Of a DNA stretch of 63,186 nt, positions 7,975 to 16,922 are shown one piece after another. Origin of the DNA: a virus. The notes beneath the pieces were generated by a model that was not told where the DNA came from, searched no databases, and worked only from the letters and a program-made list of their open reading frames with translations. The stretch lies in the IMG/VR virus record IMGVR_UViG_3300032144_000010; one strand, written 5' to 3'. A program made the translations under genes and the position numbers. Positions within the stretch are counted from its first letter, which is position 1; the number at the start of each line of letters is the position of its first letter.

Positions 7975-9450
7975 TCAGGTCCAACCGGCGGCGGAGGGAG
8001 CGCGCGCATCGCGGTCGGAGGACATGCGCGCACGCTTGGTTATCTGGTTCATGACCCGGCCGCGCAGCGCGCCGTCGGTACCGAGCGCGGCGTACTGGAG
8101 CGCGTCCGCGTAGTCGGCCCACGGGTGGTTCTTCTCCGGCATGTTGTCGTCCAGCGTCTTGCCGTCTTTCTTGAATTTGTAGCGGTAGCGCGCCTGCATC
8201 GCGAGGATGAGCCCGGAGCAGTGCACCGGGTCGAACAGGATGGCCGCCTGCCCGCCGCGCTGCGCAAGCAGGAACTTCTCCACGGCACGCAAGCGCGGCT
8301 CGATGGCATTGGTCATCGCCGGCTGCGCGACGAAGTTCAGTCGTTTGCAGCACTCGATGACGGACTCCTCGCCGATCTGTGAGCGCTGCCGGCACGCCGG
8401 GTCCATCACGAGGTACACCGGCAGGCCCGCGAAGCGCGTCTGCATCAGCAGCGGGAGGAGAATCGTCGTGATGAACAGTTCCATCCCCATGTTCTCGCCG
8501 TAGGCGTCCGCGAGACAGAGCAAGCGGCCCATCGGCGCCAGCTGCGTCAGCACGGCGGCGGGGTGCCGGCCGGTGTCGAGGCCGATGGCAATCGGCGCGC
8601 CGGGCACCACGGGGATTTCGTGTTCGGCGATGTGGAACGTCGAGTAGAAACTGCTGCGGAACACGGCCTGCCCGGAGAGAGATGGGCCAACGATGTTGTC
8701 GATGTACTGCGTGATCCAGTCGTCGCTGTTGGCTTCGATGAGATCGACGTAGTAGTTGCTCGGGAGGTTGTCGAGATTCTCGGCATGCTGGTCTCGCGCG
8801 CCGGGCTGAACGAAGTACGCCCAGTTGTTCGGGAGCAGGCTTGCTTCGAGCTTGTCGAACCACGGAGAGTCCTCGTTGAACGAGTTGGTCTCCGCGATCA
8901 AGCCGTACCAGTAGTTGCGGTCGAGCGGGTCGATCATCGCCTTGCTCGGGTAACGTCCGCAGCGCGAGTAGGTGTCGTTCACGAGTTGCGGGTCGATCTC
9001 GCGGAATTCGCTGACCCACGCGAACGTGAGTTCCAGCGAGAGGAGACGCTGCACGTTCTCTGGCGTGTCGAGAGGCAGGAGCAGCCAATCCGACTCGACG
9101 GCAGGGACCGGAGGGATAGCCGTCGGGTCGCCGGGGATGCGCAGCTGGATCGTATGGTCAGAGGCACGGAAGTACACCAGCGGTCCCAGCAGTTGCAGCA
9201 CGGAAACGAGGCAAGTGGTCTTCAGCTGCGGCAGCGTGTTGCGGACGATTGCGCCTTTGGAGCGGCGCACGAGCCGCTGGCCCTGCGGAGTCGCGACGAT
9301 CTGCGCCGGAGCCTCGCATGCGCGGCGGACCAGTTCCATGATGCACGCGCTGGTCTTGCCGGAGCCGATGGGACCGCGCACGAAGCGCAATCTGCTGTCG
9401 CTCAGCATGAACCTGTTCAGCGTCGGCGCAGGCGTGTAGTTCAGGCTCAT
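7975..9450 (-). CDS. terL: terminase large subunit
   Basis: Walker A GPIGSGKTS near the N-terminus, 491 aa. ATGA overlap with the upstream small-terminase candidate. Portal lies downstream. Confidence 0.9.
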   Translation of the reverse strand: MSLNYTPAPTLNRFMLSDSRLRFVRGPIGSGKTSACIMELVRRACEAPAQIVATPQGQRLVRRSKGAIVRNTLPQLKTTCLVSVLQLLGPLVYFRASDHTIQLRIPGDPTAIPPVPAVESDWLLLPLDTPENVQRLLSLELTFAWVSEFREIDPQLVNDTYSRCGRYPSKAMIDPLDRNYWYGLIAETNSFNEDSPWFDKLEASLLPNNWAYFVQPGARDQHAENLDNLPSNYYVDLIEANSDDWITQYIDNIVGPSLSGQAVFRSSFYSTFHIAEHEIPVVPGAPIAIGLDTGRHPAAVLTQLAPMGRLLCLADAYGENMGMELFITTILLPLLMQTRFAGLPVYLVMDPACRQRSQIGEESVIECCKRLNFVAQPAMTNAIEPRLRAVEKFLLAQRGGQAAILFDPVHCSGLILAMQARYRYKFKKDGKTLDDNMPEKNHPWADYADALQYAALGTDGALRGRVMNQITKRARMSSDRDARAPSAAGWT

Positions 9451-9977
9451 GCGTCGAGCGGCTCTGACTCGGACGCGGCAGCATCAGGCACGGACTCGAA
9501 CGCTCTTGGCGGGAGCGCCGTGGGCGCGCTGACCGTCAAGGTGCGGTCGGGGCTCAGGTTTATCGTCACCGTGAACTGCGGGCTTCCTGCGCCGGGCGCG
9601 TCTTGTTCTTTCTTCGGGATCACGTCTGCCAAGACGGTGATTTGTTTGTACGCGTCGAGGCGCGATTGGAGCCCGTTCTGCGGCGTGCGGAAGATGTTGT
9701 ACAACTCCTCCAGCCCGTCTTCAGCTGCCATTGCGGCTTTCAGACGGAGCCGCTGTGTCGTGTTCAGCGGGCTGGTCCAGACGCGCTGGGCTTCTTTGAC
9801 CATGTGGCGAAACTGCGTGTTTTTCAGCATCGCCTTGAGGTCTTGGGGGGTGAGCCCGTGGCGCACGAGTATGTCCGGGACGGGCAGCAGCTGAGACGCC
9901 AAGTCCCACGCGAGGCGCGCAGGCTCCTGCGGGATGGTTTGAATCTGCGGCGGTGGATTCAGCGCAGCCGTGGACAC
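9447..9977 (-). CDS. putative terminase small subunit (GTG start)
   Basis: A 176-aa ORF translationally coupled (ATGA) to terL, with a helical N-half. The call is by position. Confidence 0.6.
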   Translation of the reverse strand: MSTAALNPPPQIQTIPQEPARLAWDLASQLLPVPDILVRHGLTPQDLKAMLKNTQFRHMVKEAQRVWTSPLNTTQRLRLKAAMAAEDGLEELYNIFRTPQNGLQSRLDAYKQITVLADVIPKKEQDAPGAGSPQFTVTINLSPDRTLTVSAPTALPPRAFESVPDAAASESEPLDA

Positions 9978-9982
9978 AGCGA

Positions 9983-10198
9983 TCAGGCCGCTTTTTCCGC
10001 TTGCTGCGGCTGGGAGAGCAGCAGTTCGGTTTCTTCGCGCTCGCGCTTGAGTTCCGCCACGACGTACTGGCGCAGCGCGGTGCGGAACAGGTCGCTCATG
10101 GTGCTGCCACGGCGGTCGGCAAGGATGCGCGTCGCATTCAGGAGCTTTGGTTCGAGGTAGACGTTCACACGAACGGACGGGGCTGCGGGCGTGGACAT
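9983..10198 (-). CDS. ribbon-helix-helix (CopG/Arc-like) DNA-binding protein; first gene of the late arm
   Basis: VRVNVYLEPKLLNATRILADRRGSTMSDLFRTALRQYV fits a beta-strand/helix/helix RHH pattern. Confidence 0.55.
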   Translation of the reverse strand: MSTPAAPSVRVNVYLEPKLLNATRILADRRGSTMSDLFRTALRQYVVAELKREREETELLLSQPQQAEKAA

Positions 10199-10533
10199 GT
10201 GTGAAGCCAGTGTGGGGGATTACGCGGCGGAGAATAACACATGTCGTTGTGGGTGATGCCCCAAAACCTCCCGAAAATTATTCGTGGAAGGGATAGAGAG
10301 GGGGTGGCGGGGTCGCGCGCGAGACGCATATCCCCCCGGTGTCCGGCCCCGCCGGGCCGCGACCCATCCCGACCTCGGTGGAGGCCGATGGCGCCTTTCG
10401 TGAACGGCGACGACAGACCCCCGGTTGGTGTGTGGAGCGCGGAAGCCTGCAAGGTGGAGCGCAAAGCACCCGTGATTCCAGAGCGTATGTGAATCCGTAC
10501 ATTGCCATGCTGGCTCGCTGAGCAGGCATCGCA
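10199..10533. promoter_or_regulatory. divergent intergenic control region between late (minus) and early (plus) arms; promoters not resolved
   Basis: 335 bp without a credible ORF. It contains nested GC hairpins: 10310-10317 pairs with 10358-10365, and an inner stem runs 10341-10347 with 10351-10357. Confidence 0.4.
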
Positions 10534-11058
10534 ATGTACCCATTCCCGAGAGAGCATGACATGGACCTGAGCATGGCCGCACTAACCCACGTCGAAGCGC
10601 GAGAGCGTGAAGGCGAGCGCAACGCTGAGCGTATGCGTATCGCCCTCGCTGCCTGCCGCGACACAAGCGACGATGCGTCACGTAGCGTCCGGCGTGATGC
10701 GGACGGCGAGCGCCTTGCGAATGAGCGGGGCCATGCGAATGCACAAGCCCGCTCGCTGGCTGAGCGCGAATGGCGCAAGAGCGAGCGCTTCACGGCGCGG
10801 CAAGCGGACGGGAACAGGCGTCCCGACAAGCGGGAGCGCGAGGCAGCGCGAGAGGCGAGGCGTGAGCGCAACGCGCTGACAGGCCGGGCGCTGGTCTACG
10901 TGAAGGGGCGAGCGCCTAGCAGCGTGCCCGTGCACATCCCGAGCATGCAAAGCGTGCAGCGTGTGAACGCATCCGCGAAGAATCCGGGCAACGGGAATAT
11001 CCGTGCCCTCACGAACAAGCGGGCCGAAGCGTTCGGCCTGCTCCCGAAGCGCACCTAG
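10534..11058 (+). CDS. hypothetical Arg/Glu-rich early protein (start uncertain: 10534, 10561 or 10573)
   Basis: First plus-strand ORF after the divergent region, with no recognised domain. Confidence 0.45.
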   Translation: MYPFPREHDMDLSMAALTHVEAREREGERNAERMRIALAACRDTSDDASRSVRRDADGERLANERGHANAQARSLAEREWRKSERFTARQADGNRRPDKREREAAREARRERNALTGRALVYVKGRAPSSVPVHIPSMQSVQRVNASAKNPGNGNIRALTNKRAEAFGLLPKRT

Positions 11059-11081
11059 CGCAAACACGTCCACAGGAGGAC

Positions 11082-11765
11082 ATGAGCATGAGCAAGCACA
11101 ATCCCGTTGCCGCGAACGAGGCGGCCGTCGCAACGCTGCTGAGCCGCAGCGTTGCGGACGTATCCATCACGACGCTCGACCAGCGCATCGCCGGATCGCA
11201 CCAGCGTTTCGCCGCCGAGTGGGACGACCTGCACGACATCGCGGTCATCGCACTGGCGCACGCCGCCACGCACGGGGACTACACCCGGATGCAGGCGCTG
11301 TGGTCCGGGCACCGAGCGCCCGTCCGTAAGGCGCTGGCTGGCTGGCTGGGCGAGTGCAGCCCGCTGATCGTGTCGCAGGGCAAGCTCGCGAAGAGCCGCC
11401 TGCCGGATGCGCCCGACTACAGCGTGGAAGTGGCGCAGGCGCTGAACCCGGCGGACTGGAAGCAATCGCCCGCTGCGGCGGAACGCTTCCAGCTGGAACA
11501 GCTGGCGAAGTACCTCGCGAAGAAGGCGGACGGGCAAACCACGGAAGAGCGCACCGCGAAGGTGTGCGGGAAGCTGGCCCGCGAAGTGCGCCGCCTGATC
11601 GACGACACGGAAGAGGCGCAGGCGCTCGAAGAGGCGCAGGCGCTCGAAGAGGCGCAGGCGCTCGAAGAGGCGGGCGCGGTCAACGCCAAGCGCATCGCGG
11701 CGGACATGGCCGCGAACCCGGAGCGCACCAGCCACGACGTGAAGGCGGGCGCGGCGCTGGCCTGA
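11082..11765 (+). CDS. hypothetical acidic early protein with (EEAQAL)3 repeat (ATG at 11088 has better spacing from AGGAGGA)
   Basis: ORF with a strong SD (aggagga, 11074-11080) and an in-frame 18-bp tandem repeat. Confidence 0.65.
   Translation: MSMSKHNPVAANEAAVATLLSRSVADVSITTLDQRIAGSHQRFAAEWDDLHDIAVIALAHAATHGDYTRMQALWSGHRAPVRKALAGWLGECSPLIVSQGKLAKSRLPDAPDYSVEVAQALNPADWKQSPAAAERFQLEQLAKYLAKKADGQTTEERTAKVCGKLAREVRRLIDDTEEAQALEEAQALEEAQALEEAGAVNAKRIAADMAANPERTSHDVKAGAALA
11610..11663 (+). repeat. 18-bp perfect tandem repeat x3 (gaagaggcgcaggcgctc), plus a degenerate 4th copy to 11681
   Basis: Read directly; encodes EEAQAL x3. Confidence 0.9.
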
Positions 11766-11778
11766 GCGAGAGCGGAGA

Positions 11779-11796
11779 GGGGGACGCAAGTCCCCC
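11779..11796 (+). terminator. terminator-like hairpin after gene 11082..11765 (no U-tract)
   Basis: gggggac-gcaa-gtccccc: 7-bp stem with a GNRA-type loop. A second hairpin follows, gcatcc...ggatgc (11797-11816). Confidence 0.35.
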
Positions 11797-11906
11797 GCAT
11801 CCCCAAGCTCGGATGCGTCCGGGTTTCGGCATGCGGGTACACGTACAGGCGTAAGGCGGACCCGGCCCCCACCGGGCTAGCCCGGCAGGCACGCGAGAAC
11901 CGCTGT

Positions 11907-11917
11907 TGCGGTGTCAT
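11907..11917 (+). repeat. copy 1 of strand-specific 11-mer TGCGGTGTCAT (non-coding)
   Basis: ctgtTGCGGTGTCATcgtgcc. Confidence 0.9.
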
Positions 11918-11972
11918 CGTGCCCCATATTGGGTGTTGTATAACGAATAGATCGCGCAAAACAAGCGGTCAT

Positions 11973-12032
11973 CTGGTGTAATAACGTATGTTATTTGAAT
12001 AAGAGCTAGACTCTTATTGTCTTACACACCAG
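11973..12032 (+). other. compound inverted-repeat element (closing stem plus two AT-rich hairpins)
   Basis: ctggtgt (11973-79) pairs with acaccag (12026-32). Inner hairpins are aataac-gtat-gttatt (11980-95) and aataagag-ctaga-ctcttatt (11998-12018). Confidence 0.6.
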
Positions 12033-12062
12033 TAACCCATTGATTCCAAAGGTGGTGGGGGT

Positions 12063-12107
12063 AGAGAGAGAGAGAGAGATAATAATTAATTACTACTACT
12101 ACTACTA
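12063..12107. repeat. composite microsatellite: (AG)8, ATAATAATTAATTA, (TAC)5
   Basis: Read directly: agagagagagagagagataataattaattactactactactacta. A related block, cattattaattattact, sits at 12191-12207. Confidence 0.9.
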
Positions 12108-12250
12108 GACCCTACTATGAGAGCCGGGCTTTTGAGGCAGTTGATTCAACTACCCGCTCCCTCGCTCCCGGTGCTTCTCTCCGCAAAACGCATTATTAAT
12201 TATTACTCGGACGTAAGATCCCTTGCGGCTCTAGGCAAGAAGGCGTAATA

Positions 12251-12766
12251 ATGAGTTTCGCCAACAATCAGGCCAACACCATGATTAATTCTTATTCGGC
12301 CCTTTCGCGGGCCTTTTTCGATGAATTTCCTGCCTGCAAGCCGAACAGCATGCGCTCTTTCGTGCAGCAACAGATGGGTGGATACCCAGCTTTCGCCGAA
12401 TGGCTGGAAGCTCATGGCGTGCCCCGCGAAGATGTGCTTGGCACCAAGTTCATGCACACAGCCATGTTGCGGATGGGCACGGATGAGTACAATAGGCGCA
12501 GGCGTTTGAACAGCGCCGACGTAGCAACGCTGCACGACATCGTGCACAAGCTGCGCACCTTGGTGCCTATGGAGCGCGAGGAACCGTTGAACAGGTCCGA
12601 ACAAAGGGACGCCGCCCGCATCAGCGCGCTGCTCGCGCGCATGATCGTCAAGCGCGCGAAGCGGGACCGGCGCACGGCCAACACGAAAGCCGTGCGCGCA
12701 CAGCGCGCTTGGGTGCGCGAGCAACAACAGCACGCCGAGGACATGGCGCATGTCGATCCCGACTAG
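12251..12766 (+). CDS. hypothetical early protein (171 aa)
   Basis: First ORF after the AT-rich spacer, with gaagg upstream of the ATG. Confidence 0.6.
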   Translation: MSFANNQANTMINSYSALSRAFFDEFPACKPNSMRSFVQQQMGGYPAFAEWLEAHGVPREDVLGTKFMHTAMLRMGTDEYNRRRRLNSADVATLHDIVHKLRTLVPMEREEPLNRSEQRDAARISALLARMIVKRAKRDRRTANTKAVRAQRAWVREQQQHAEDMAHVDPD

Positions 12767-13139
12767 CACCCTTGGCAGGCACCTGTCCATCGGCAAGCTC
12801 GATGGCGCTTATCGCGCTGCCCCATTCGTCCTCGCGCAGGGCACGCAGGAAATCCTCGCGGTGCTGTGCGGCCCATTCAACCAAGACGACCCCAAGCACA
12901 TCCGCACCGTTGCCTATGAGCCCACCGAGGTCATGATCCCGGCGTTGTATTCCAGCACCCGCACCAAGACCATCGCGCAGACGCGCACGCTGCTGCACTC
13001 ACTGATACCCGCAACGATGCTGCTCTGGTCTGGTAACATGAGCCCCGCACCACAAGCACCGTTCCACATCTGGTTGTCGATGAATCCCGCTTGGCACAAG
13101 GTGGTGCCGTCCATGTACAAACGACTGGTGCAAAGGTGA
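12750..13139 (+). CDS. hypothetical early protein (129 aa), paralog of the next gene
   Basis: Shares ...YEP..V......S......T...T..L......P.AMLLW... with 13136..13543. Confidence 0.55.
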   Translation: MSIPTSTLGRHLSIGKLDGAYRAAPFVLAQGTQEILAVLCGPFNQDDPKHIRTVAYEPTEVMIPALYSSTRTKTIAQTRTLLHSLIPATMLLWSGNMSPAPQAPFHIWLSMNPAWHKVVPSMYKRLVQR

Positions 13140-13543
13140 TCCCGATAGCCCGAGCGGAATCCCCGGTATTCCGCCTGATGCATGGCGGCAATCCCATGCT
13201 GACCGTCTACACGGCCAGACGTTACCCGCTGGACTTCCCGCAGCGCATGGTGCTGACGCTCTACGAGCCGCTCGCTGTGCGCAATGGCGACGTCGTAACA
13301 TCCAGACCCATCGAGCGTACTGTCCACACGCGCTCGACGCAGGAGCTTCGCGGTGTCATCGACCAGACGGCCCCGATAGCCATGCTGCTGTGGGCGGACA
13401 CGGCCACCACGTACATGCGCGCCAGCGGCTACAAAGCCAGAATCCAAGTGATGACACGGTCCATGGACTGGTGCGTATCTCTCTGCCCGCGCAGCCTGAG
13501 ACGGCTGTTCGACGCGGAATCCGTACACTCGGCATTCAGGTAG
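13136..13543 (+). CDS. hypothetical early protein (GTG start in GTGA overlap), paralog of the previous gene
   Basis: In-frame GTG at 13136 overlaps the upstream TGA. The ORF track opens at 13091. Confidence 0.5.
   Translation: MIPIARAESPVFRLMHGGNPMLTVYTARRYPLDFPQRMVLTLYEPLAVRNGDVVTSRPIERTVHTRSTQELRGVIDQTAPIAMLLWADTATTYMRASGYKARIQVMTRSMDWCVSLCPRSLRRLFDAESVHSAFR
13350..13360 (+). repeat. near-copy of the 11-mer (cGCGGTGTCATcg)
   Basis: gcttcGCGGTGTCATCgacc. Confidence 0.8.
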
Positions 13544-13745
13544 GGAGACTACCCGCATGAACAGCTTCTTCCCGTGTGGACGACGCCAGCGCGTGCGCTA
13601 TCCAGACGCGAACTGGCGCTTTCCCACAGGACAGTGGCAGCAACGCTGGCCCGCCACGCGGTTCCGCACGCGCGGGCTGCATGCCGACACGCCCCGGCGA
13701 GCAAACCGCTTCGCCATCGCCTCTTACAACCAATCGAGGTACTGA

Positions 13746-15173
13746 ATGAACACGAACCAGACCATCGCCGACATCATCTCTGGCAACTACATCCTCGTTG
13801 ACCTGCGCATCTCGGCATGGGACGCAGCGCGCACGGACAAGGACGCGTCCGACGAGATCACGGCAACCAAGAGCGCGAAGAAAGGCAGCGCACGCGTCAT
13901 CAAGAACCTTATGGCTGGCGCGGACGACCGCTTGCGCGCTGTGCGCATGCAGGGCCGCGCGCTGCGCTCTCTGGTAGACGCCACCACGGCGACGTGGGCC
14001 GACGCGCAGCGCATCTTCCCCGCGAACAAGTACATGACGCTGGTGCCGCAGTACGAGCAGATGGTCCAGACCTTCGACAACCTCAAGGCCGAATTCTTCG
14101 CGCACTACCAGTCGGACATGCAGTTGGCGATGATGAACCTCGGCGGGCTGGCAACGCAGGACGACTACCCGGACATCAATGACCTGTGGAACAAGTTCGG
14201 CATCCAGCTGCGCTATCTCCCGGTGCCGTCTCTCGATGACTACTCGCGTATCGCTCTCCCCCCTGCCATCGCCCAAGAACTCGCAAACAGGATGGCCGAC
14301 GACCTGCAACAGAAAGCCGACGCGGCCAGTGCGCAAGCCAAGGAGACGCTCATCAAAGAGCTTGACCGCATGGCAACGCAACTCGGCAAGCTGGTAGCAG
14401 GAGAGCCGACGCGGCTCTACGACACGCTGGTGACGAACATGCGCGCTGCCGCGAGCGCCATCGAGGATACGAACTTCGCATCGGACCCGCATCTCGCGCA
14501 GCTGGCTGCGCAGATCAAGACGTCGTTGGTGCCGGACTACCGTACCAAGGACGACTTTCGCGACAGCGTACCGCTGGCCCGAGCAGCGCTCACCGAACTG
14601 GGAGCGATCAAGCAACAGCTGGTGCCGCCGCCCATCATCGCCACGGTGCCCGTTGCGGTGTCATCGCTGCCGCCTGCGGACGTGCAGGGCATAGCCATCC
14701 CGAGCGGGCAGGACCTCCGTGAGCAGATCGCGGGCACCTTTGGCGTCACGCCGGAGATTGTGCAGGAAGTGTTCGACAACACGGCGCAAGAAGAACTTGT
14801 CGTCCCTGTTCTCGACTCGCGTGGACGCACGCCCGAGCAGCGCCAAGAGGAAGCGAACTGGGCCGCCGAGCAGTCCGAGCAGGAAGCCATGGACGCCAAG
14901 GCTGCGCGCGAGGCTGCGGCTGCACTCGACGACGACTTCCTCGACGAGATCGACAAGTGGCTGGGAACGTCTCCCAGCGCGCCACCCGAGCCGCTGGTGA
15001 CTGCACAAGTCGCGGCTCCCGTACCGGTAGCCCCGGTGAAGGCCACCCCGCCGCCGGTCCCGCGCCCGGAGCCTGTGCCGGTCCAGAAAAGCGACCTGCT
15101 GGCTCAACTGGCAGCGATGGCGGACACGGATGCCCTCTCCGAGGGAACCGACCTGCTCGACGACAGCTGGTGA
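13746..15173 (+). CDS. DUF3150-like protein (475 aa)
   Basis: N-terminal ILVDLRISAWDAARTDKDAS... followed by long helices resembles DUF3150 proteins of ICEs and plasmids (memory). The C-terminal half is Pro/Ala/Glu-rich low complexity. Confidence 0.55.
   Translation: MNTNQTIADIISGNYILVDLRISAWDAARTDKDASDEITATKSAKKGSARVIKNLMAGADDRLRAVRMQGRALRSLVDATTATWADAQRIFPANKYMTLVPQYEQMVQTFDNLKAEFFAHYQSDMQLAMMNLGGLATQDDYPDINDLWNKFGIQLRYLPVPSLDDYSRIALPPAIAQELANRMADDLQQKADAASAQAKETLIKELDRMATQLGKLVAGEPTRLYDTLVTNMRAAASAIEDTNFASDPHLAQLAAQIKTSLVPDYRTKDDFRDSVPLARAALTELGAIKQQLVPPPIIATVPVAVSSLPPADVQGIAIPSGQDLREQIAGTFGVTPEIVQEVFDNTAQEELVVPVLDSRGRTPEQRQEEANWAAEQSEQEAMDAKAAREAAAALDDDFLDEIDKWLGTSPSAPPEPLVTAQVAAPVPVAPVKATPPPVPRPEPVPVQKSDLLAQLAAMADTDALSEGTDLLDDSW
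14654..14664 (+). repeat. copy of 11-mer TGCGGTGTCAT
   Basis: cccgtTGCGGTGTCATcgctgcc; read in frame as A-V-S. Confidence 0.9.
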
Positions 15174-15805
15174 TGAAAGCCTGCCGCTTGTGCCTGCGCC
15201 TGTTGCCAATCAGCGAATACTACGCTGATTACCACAGGCACGATGGGCGCATGACCGCGTGCAAGCTATGCACCAAGCTGGCGCGGCGTGAGTATGCCGC
15301 CCGTAACAAGGCGGTAATCCAGCGGCGAAACAAGCGTTACTACGAGCGCAACAAGGACAAGCTGGCCGTGTACCAGCACACTTGGCGAACACGCAACGCC
15401 GACAAGCTGAAAAAGCAACGCGAAGCCAAGCGCGCAACAGCCGAGTACAAGGCCCGGTTCAGCAGCTACGTCGCTGCGAGAAAAGCAAAACAGAAAACAG
15501 AGTGTACGCCGGAAGAGCGTGCCGCCATGCTTCGTTTGTACCGATACGCCCGCGCATTGAGTCGCGTAACAGGAACGCGCTATGTGGTAGATCACATAGT
15601 GCCTATTGCCAAGGGAGGAGTACATCACCCAAGCAACTTGAGAGTGTGCACAGCGGAAGAAAACTCAGCCAAGTACGCATCGACTGTGTGGAACGTGCGC
15701 CCATGGCTGCAACGCGAACTACGCTTGGTGTTGTCGAACACGGACCACAAGCTGGTAGCTTTCCGCGTCGAAGAAATACATCGCCTTCTATCAACCTGCA
15801 TTTGA
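15173..15805 (+). CDS. HNH endonuclease (probable free-standing/homing type)
   Basis: YVVDHIVPIAKGGVHHPSNLRVCTAEEN is an HNH motif, with an N-terminal CxxC...CxxC. TGATG overlap with the upstream stop. GC looks lower than the flanks by eye. Confidence 0.8.
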   Translation: MKACRLCLRLLPISEYYADYHRHDGRMTACKLCTKLARREYAARNKAVIQRRNKRYYERNKDKLAVYQHTWRTRNADKLKKQREAKRATAEYKARFSSYVAARKAKQKTECTPEERAAMLRLYRYARALSRVTGTRYVVDHIVPIAKGGVHHPSNLRVCTAEENSAKYASTVWNVRPWLQRELRLVLSNTDHKLVAFRVEEIHRLLSTCI

Positions 15806-15815
15806 GGAACCCAAA

Positions 15816-16922
15816 ATGAAGCTCTCGGATTTTCTTGTTTCCTCCAACGTGCGCCGCATGTACGAGTCCAAGATGGCGGTGCACATCGAAAGCGTGCCCG
15901 GCAGCGGCAAGACGAGCGTCATGCGAAAGCTGCCGGAAGTGCTGTCCAACATCTACGGCGAGCAGTTCGGCTACGTCGAAGTGTGCCTGAGCCACATGGA
16001 CACGCCCGACGTGCACGGTATCCCCATCCCGGCCAAGGACACGGACGGCGTGGTGCGCGTGAAGCTGGCGCGTGCGTACATCGCCAACCTCATCGAAGCC
16101 ACCGGCTGCAAGTTCGGCGTGCTGAACCTCGACGAGTTCGCGCAGTGCGACCCGGCGATGCAGAAGGTCAGCACCAAGATCACGCTCGACCGCATGATCG
16201 GCGACTACGCGATCCCCGAGGGCTGGATGGTGGTGATGACCAGCAACTCTACCAAGCACAGGTCCGGGGCAAACGCGTTGCTGGCGCATGCTAGAAACAG
16301 GATCATGATGTTCTCGTTCCCCGTTGACCTCGACGGGTGGCGTACCAACTTCGCGGAGCCGCGTGGCCTGCACTTCCTCTGGCCCGCGTTCACGGAGTTC
16401 TCCGCGTCCAGCTTCGCGCACGAAGTGCCGCCCCCGGACGGCGCGTTCTGCACGCTGCGCTCCTTCACGGGCCTGCACGACATCATCGTGGGGCCGGGCC
16501 AGCTGGCGGACCGCACCTGCGCGCTGAACCTCGACGACTTCGCGCTGGATGCCAGCATCGCCACCATCGGCGAGGCCGAGGCCACGAAGGCGTTCGCGTT
16601 CTTCAAGACGCACTCGGAATTGCCGAGCTTCGCCGAGATCGAAGCGAACCCGGCTGGCGCGAAGTGCCCCGGACCTGACCGTATGGACGTGGTGTATCAG
16701 GTCATGGGCCTGCTCGACCAGAAGGTCAACGGACGCAACGTGGACAAGGTGTTCCCCTACGTGCAGCGCATGCCGCGCGAGTTCCACGTCGCCATGGTGC
16801 GCAAGTTCCTGAACCGCAGCGGCGGTGGCGTCATGCTGAACGCCCCGTCGATCCGCGCCTTCCTGACCGACCCGAAGAACAAGGCGCTGGTCATGTCCGG
16901 CGTTGCAGGAGACCAGCGCTGA
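15816..16922 (+). CDS. AAA+ ATPase (MoxR/CbbQ/AAA_5-like)
   Basis: Walker A VPGSGKTSV, Walker B VLNLDEFAQ, sensor-1 VVMTSN. Confidence 0.8.
   Translation: MKLSDFLVSSNVRRMYESKMAVHIESVPGSGKTSVMRKLPEVLSNIYGEQFGYVEVCLSHMDTPDVHGIPIPAKDTDGVVRVKLARAYIANLIEATGCKFGVLNLDEFAQCDPAMQKVSTKITLDRMIGDYAIPEGWMVVMTSNSTKHRSGANALLAHARNRIMMFSFPVDLDGWRTNFAEPRGLHFLWPAFTEFSASSFAHEVPPPDGAFCTLRSFTGLHDIIVGPGQLADRTCALNLDDFALDASIATIGEAEATKAFAFFKTHSELPSFAEIEANPAGAKCPGPDRMDVVYQVMGLLDQKVNGRNVDKVFPYVQRMPREFHVAMVRKFLNRSGGGVMLNAPSIRAFLTDPKNKALVMSGVAGDQR

Larger units (their letters stand above)
11766..12250. other. 485-bp non-coding spacer, locally AT-rich, with hairpins and microsatellites (candidate early promoter/origin region)
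   Basis: No credible ORF. It is visibly AT-rich against a GC-rich genome. Confidence 0.6.

Noticed and set aside
11973-12032. tRNA or tRNA-like gene
   Set aside because: It has a 7-bp closing stem but only two internal hairpins, with 4-5-nt loops, in 60 nt. There is no 7-nt anticodon loop or T-loop consensus.
13557-13745. 62-aa ORF in the gap before the DUF3150-like gene
   Set aside because: The composition is Arg/Trp/Cys/Phe-rich, there is no ribosome-binding site, and it fills an intergenic gap. Treated as non-coding.
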